Source: Penicillus capitatus (Eukaryota; Plantae; Chlorophyta). Taken from it: a stretch of 64,000 nucleotides of DNA. Below are positions 59,210-64,000 of the stretch, piece by piece (positions within the stretch are counted from its first letter, which is position 1; each line of letters opens with the position of its first letter). The stretch spans positions 973,101 through 1,037,100 of the forward strand of contig OZ287696.1 in NCBI GenBank assembly GCA_965649825.1. Direction: 5' to 3'. The notes beneath the pieces were generated by a model that was given only the letters and a program-made list of their open reading frames with translations, was not told the DNA's origin and ran no database searches. The position numbers and the translations under genes are program-made.

Positions 59210-62200
59210 ATGGCGACGCGTCTCAAGAACCGTATGGGGGATGAATTGGAACGCCTGATAAAAGCGATAGGCGACTGCAAGTCCAAATCGGAAGAAGATC
59301 GCATCTTGTATCGGGCCATGGAGTCGACCAAGGCATCCGTCAAAAGCGGAAAAGTTGACAAGCAACGGACACGGGATTTCTTGATAAAGCTCCTGTATTT
59401 TGAAATGCTTGGACACGATGCGTCGTTTGGACATTTCTTGGCCGTCCAAGCCTGTGGCTCCAACTCCATCCTGACGAAACTCGTAACAGCACGACGCTTT
59501 GTTTGACGGTGTGGTGATACAGGAGATGTCTGACCAGGTGGGTTATCTCTCGGTCGCTCAGTTTCTGGACTCCTCTGACAGTTTGATCCTTCTCTTGGTC
59601 AACACGTGGAGATCAGACCTTCAAAACGACAACCATATTATCGGTTCGTCTGGCAATGTCTGAGAAGTCTATGCGATTCATCGAAGCTGTTGTGTATCAG
59701 TCTGCGCAGCGCTGACGGCTGTTTGCAAACTGGTGAACAGCGATGCCGTCGGTGCCCTGGTCGAACAGGTGGTGACCCTGACGTCGCATGCCAAGGAGGG
59801 TGTGCGCAAGAAGGCCATCATGGCACTCCACAGGTTCTGTCAAATGGACCCCACAGCAGAGGGCGGCTTGAGTGGTATCGATGTCAATGGTATACTTCGC
59901 AAGACGCTGTGCGACAAGGTAGGCTCAGAATAAAAAACCGCATTATACAGGATGAGAATCCTACTGATGTGTAGGATCCTTCTGTTATGGGTGCGACCCT
60001 TTGTGCTCTCTACGAATTGGCAAAGCACGATCCCTACCCTTACCGTAATCTCATTCCCAGCTTGTCCGCCATCATTAAACAAGTTATCGAGCATCGTTTG
60101 AGCAAGACCTACGAATACCACCACTGTCCAGCTCCGTTTATACAGGTCTGCTGCATTACGCGTAGATTCGGTTACTCTTTTCATTTGTGTGATGCAGATT
60201 CGCTTGTTGAGACTGATAGGACTGCTGGGAAAGGGCGACAAGCCATCGACGGACAACATGCGCAACATCTTGCTGAGTGTTGTTCGACATGCCAATCCGC
60301 GCAACACCATTGGATTTGCTGTTCTCTTTGAATGCATCCATACAATCACAACGGTCAGCCCAGACAGCACCCTCCTCGAAGCAGGTCTGCCTCCTTTGTC
60401 CCCGATAAGACATCGCAGACGACGCGTTGATGTGACAGCTGCGAAAGCAATCTATACGTTTCTCCGTTCCGAGAATTCTCACAATCTAAAGTATATGGGG
60501 CTCGATGCATTGGGTGGCATTGTCAGCATCAACCCACGTCAAGCCCAGGAACACCAGACGGCTGTGATGGACTGTTTAGAAGACCCGGATGACACACTTA
60601 AATTAAAAACACTTGAACTTCTTTACAAAATGACGACGGCATCGAATGTAGAGGTATGTGTGCTGACATCGCCGTGGCGTGACTTGGAGAATGGTGTGTG
60701 TATTAGACGGTCGTTCAGAAGTTGCTTCAGTATTTGCATACGTGTTCGGATGAGCACACGATGAACGACATCTGTCAGAAAGTGAGTTATTTGGCAGAGA
60801 CCTATGCACCGTCAACGCTTTGGTATGTGGAAACCATGATTGAAATGTTTGAAGCTGCGGGAGACGCTATCCCTGTCCATGCCGAACACAATCTCATGAA
60901 ACTTGTGGCAGCTCAGGAAGAAGACTTGCATCAATCGGTCGTCGAAATCTGCCTCTCTGTCATCGACAAGCCAAAACTGCCACAGTCGTTGCTCAAGGTA
61001 ACAGACCTACGGCATTCCTATGGCAGCCTTTAGGAATACCTGCGTTTCCAGGTTATCTGCTGGATACTGGGAGAATACGGGACACTTGTGGAGCAGCTGC
61101 CCGACAGTGATATCTCATTGCTCCAAGTCCAAGAAAAAATGTGTGAGCTCATTCAGATCTCCAATCCGGATGAAGTGCTGCAAGGATATATCCTGACGGC
61201 TGTGCTCAAATTGACAGCCAGTAGAGGCGGGGGTCTCGCGTTGGATACAGAGGAGCTCCTTCGCAAATCGTTGACATCCAAGTCCATTGAGTTACAGCAG
61301 AGAGCTCGTGAGCTACAGTCCTTTATGACAGAAACAGCAGAAGCAGCGCGTCACGTGCTTCCCTTTGACGCCTCTTGTGAAGACCTCTCAGATCAGCTTC
61401 CTGAGCTGCAGACCCTTTCTTTTATGAATAGCTATGTGCAAGAGGCATTGGGCAACGGAGCCGTCGGATATGTCCCTGAATCTGAACGTGACGAATTTGG
61501 CGTGTCGTTAACTGTCGTGTCCGACATTCCTGATGCTGGTCTGCGATATGACCCCTATCAGACACCCGTTGCGCCAGAGGTGCCCGTTGGAATGGCTTCC
61601 GTCCCAGCAGAAGTGCCAGAAACGCAACCGGATGTTCCTATGACGGTCTTTACACAGGGGTCCTCGCATCTGACACTCCCAGTCAAGTCCAGGAGATGGG
61701 GACCTGCTGAACCAGAAGTGCGAGAACCTCCCGTCCTGCGGATCGAGAACGTCAACAGACTGGAGTACTCGCAGCCAGAACAGGAAATACCGATTTCACT
61801 GGGCAGCAGCGAACCGATGAACGGAACGACGGAGCCAAACGAGAGAGACCTCCTCAAAGCTTCCCTCTTCGGCGATGGGACACCTTCCTCATCGCAAAGC
61901 AGAAAGTGCATTCATCAGCGATCTCTCTCGTCATCTGCTCACTCCTATGCTTTCCCAGGACTGCGGATCAAAGCAGAAAGAACTCAGAGGGCAAGCTCAA
62001 GACGACAGCCCCTCAAGTGAAAAAAGCAGATCCCGTTGCTGATATGGATCTCCTTGATCTTTCGGATCCTCACGATGCGGCTGCACCATCCAACCAACCA
62101 CCATCAGGTCTATTTTTTCTGACTGTTGGAGATGGTGACGGATCTGTTTGTAGATCCCTTTGAACATGTAGATTTGTTGAGTGGCGGAACAAACGGCGTT

Positions 62201-62446
62201 GCACAAATGGCCACTGTTCCGCCGCCAGCTGCCCAGGCGGCGGCTCCCAATATGCTCGATTTGGATGCTCTGTACGGGAGTTCCTCTACAAATGTCATGC
62301 ACAAGGCCCCTCCTCCTGTCCACCATGCTCCGCACATGGGTGCTCCCAGTTTAGGCATCAAGACAGGAATGGCCCCTGCTATGCCCGCCCTCAAAAAACC
62401 TGCCACAGCGACAAAGGACGATCCATTTAAGGACTTGCTAGGCTAA
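59210..62446 (+). CDS. AP4E1: AP-4 complex epsilon adaptin
   Basis: [63 protein letters not shown] and [15 protein letters not shown]. Confidence 0.93.
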
Positions 62447-62645
62447 GAAAATGATCCTGCACTCAGAGACTCGTTGTTTCGGAACCTGTCTTTGACGGAT
62501 ATTTATGCACGAGCGACATGGCAGGTTTGTACGCTCTCAACTACAATTGCATGGCATTATTGTCAAATGTAATGTCCAGCAGATCGCTTCAGATGAGGTC
62601 ATCGTCGTTGCATTCGCCTGCTCTGGATCACACCCATCGCGCACA

Positions 62646-63305
62646 ATGTTGCCTTCGTCTCTGAGCCAAATCTCACGCCCCTCTCTCCTGTGCCCAATGG
62701 GTGGCGCCAAACCTTCTGCTGCGACGCGGCGTTCTTCCTACGCGTTGCGACACGCACACGGAACACCTATCTTGGTGACAGAGAGGCCGTGGCAGAGACA
62801 CGTAGCAGTGTATGCACGACCAGATGACAGTGGAGCCGGCGTCGCCGATAAGACCGTTCCTACGGCACGTACGCTGTGCCATGCCATTGTGGAGATTCTC
62901 GGAGGGTATGGTCTGTCACAGCATTTAAGGCGAAGGATGTGACGGATGCTAATTGGGAGGATGAAGTGCTAAAGAGCCCTGTACCTGTATTCGTTGATTT
63001 TTGGGCTCCTTGGTGTGGCCCTTGTCGAATGATCGGCCCAACGATCGATGAACTCATCGACGAACTGGGAGACAAATTCAAAGCGGTCTCTCTCATTCCT
63101 GCCTTCTTCCCATCTCACTCTTCTCACACATGATCACTTCTAGGTGAAACTGAATACAGACAAGAGCCCAGGGATTGCAACGGAGTACGGCATTCGCAGT
63201 ATTCCGACGTGCATGATATTCAAGGATGGCCAAAAAGTGGACACCATTATTGGCGCCGTTAAGAAACCCATTCTAAAAAGCAGCATCGAGAAATTCTTGA
63301 CATAA
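62646..63305 (+). CDS. TRXm: Plastid thioredoxin, m-type
   Basis: Transit peptide, [18 protein letters not shown] and [20 protein letters not shown]. Confidence 0.92.
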
Positions 63306-63499
63306 GGGCGAAGAATGGCAGGACGCTGTGTTTGACTGCATACACCCTTTCGTTTTCACGGGTGTGAATGGAGCTTTTAATAACATTGTTTTTGACAGGC
63401 ATCATTCTCATGGCTTTACCATTTAGCGCATCAATTCCAGATGCGTCATCGGTCTATTGTTTCTGTCGGATAGCTGGAATTGACCCTTTCGCGCAACGA

Positions 63500-64000
63500 A
63501 GATATTGGCGAACGACTTCTGTTGCCGTCATTCTTGATTCTTCATTCATTTCGCATGCAATCGTCGCCGCGAAGCGTCACGACGACATCCACGTCGTCCT
63601 CGAATGACAGTTCCAGGTGCGTCTCTTCATGCACTCCGTGTACCAGTACGCCCTCCTGCTGTTAGTCCACTGGACGATCGATTGCATGCACTGACCCAGT
63701 CGCCCTCGGACGACGAACTGCCGCAGATTTATGGCGTCCGCGTCCTTGGCGATGGCCCCGACGCTGGACTCTACCAAATTTCTGTTACTGGCTGCGACGG
63801 GGTATCTATTTGTTTGGGATGCTCAAATGGCATCGAAAAGGCGTCCGAAATCTATGACATGGTCACACTCGGACTGCACGGAGGAGACACCGGTCTTAAT
63901 TTCTCACCAAGGCGTTATCACATTGAAGTGTACCTCAACGTTTTGCTCACGTTTCAGAAGCTCTTTCCCGGGAACCTCTTCTGGATGGCCGTCAAGCGCG
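63500..64000 (-). other. Possible 3' part of a spliced gene entering from the right window edge
   Basis: Intron-like GT-AG segments and short open frames; I could not build a consistent model. Confidence 0.15.

Overview
Eukaryotic nuclear DNA from a compact-genome green alga (inferred Chlorophyta). The assignment rests on nuclear psbY, plastid rpl1, Trx-m and CSK, a chlorophyte-type Dam-like methylase, and many ~45-65 bp introns. From ~15 kb to the end the window is very gene-dense: Aurora kinase, C2CD3-like, PsbY, a PWWP-PHD-Dam-CW methylase, rpl1, COX6B, START/cyclase, F-box, SKA3, YIP1, mitochondrial L36 and L17, IPCS/SMS, G3P permease, CSK, CRAL-TRIO, AMBRA1-like, MutS2, H2A, a 5xVWA membrane protein, AP-4 epsilon and Trx-m. 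The first ~15 kb is an accessory zone. It holds decayed copies of the Aurora/C2CD3 neighbourhood, a Pro-rich gene with a long hairpin in its first intron, and a 3.5-kb satellite of stem-loop monomers. The strongest finding is an intronless, free-standing nuclear gene (22801-24735, minus) for a group II intron maturase with an organelle-targeting-like N-terminus, a dead RT active site and an intact domain X. It is a candidate algal nuclear-encoded organellar splicing factor analogous to land-plant nMATs. All gene models were spliced by eye, no database searches were run, and many ORF-track starts are GTG/TTG rather than true starts.
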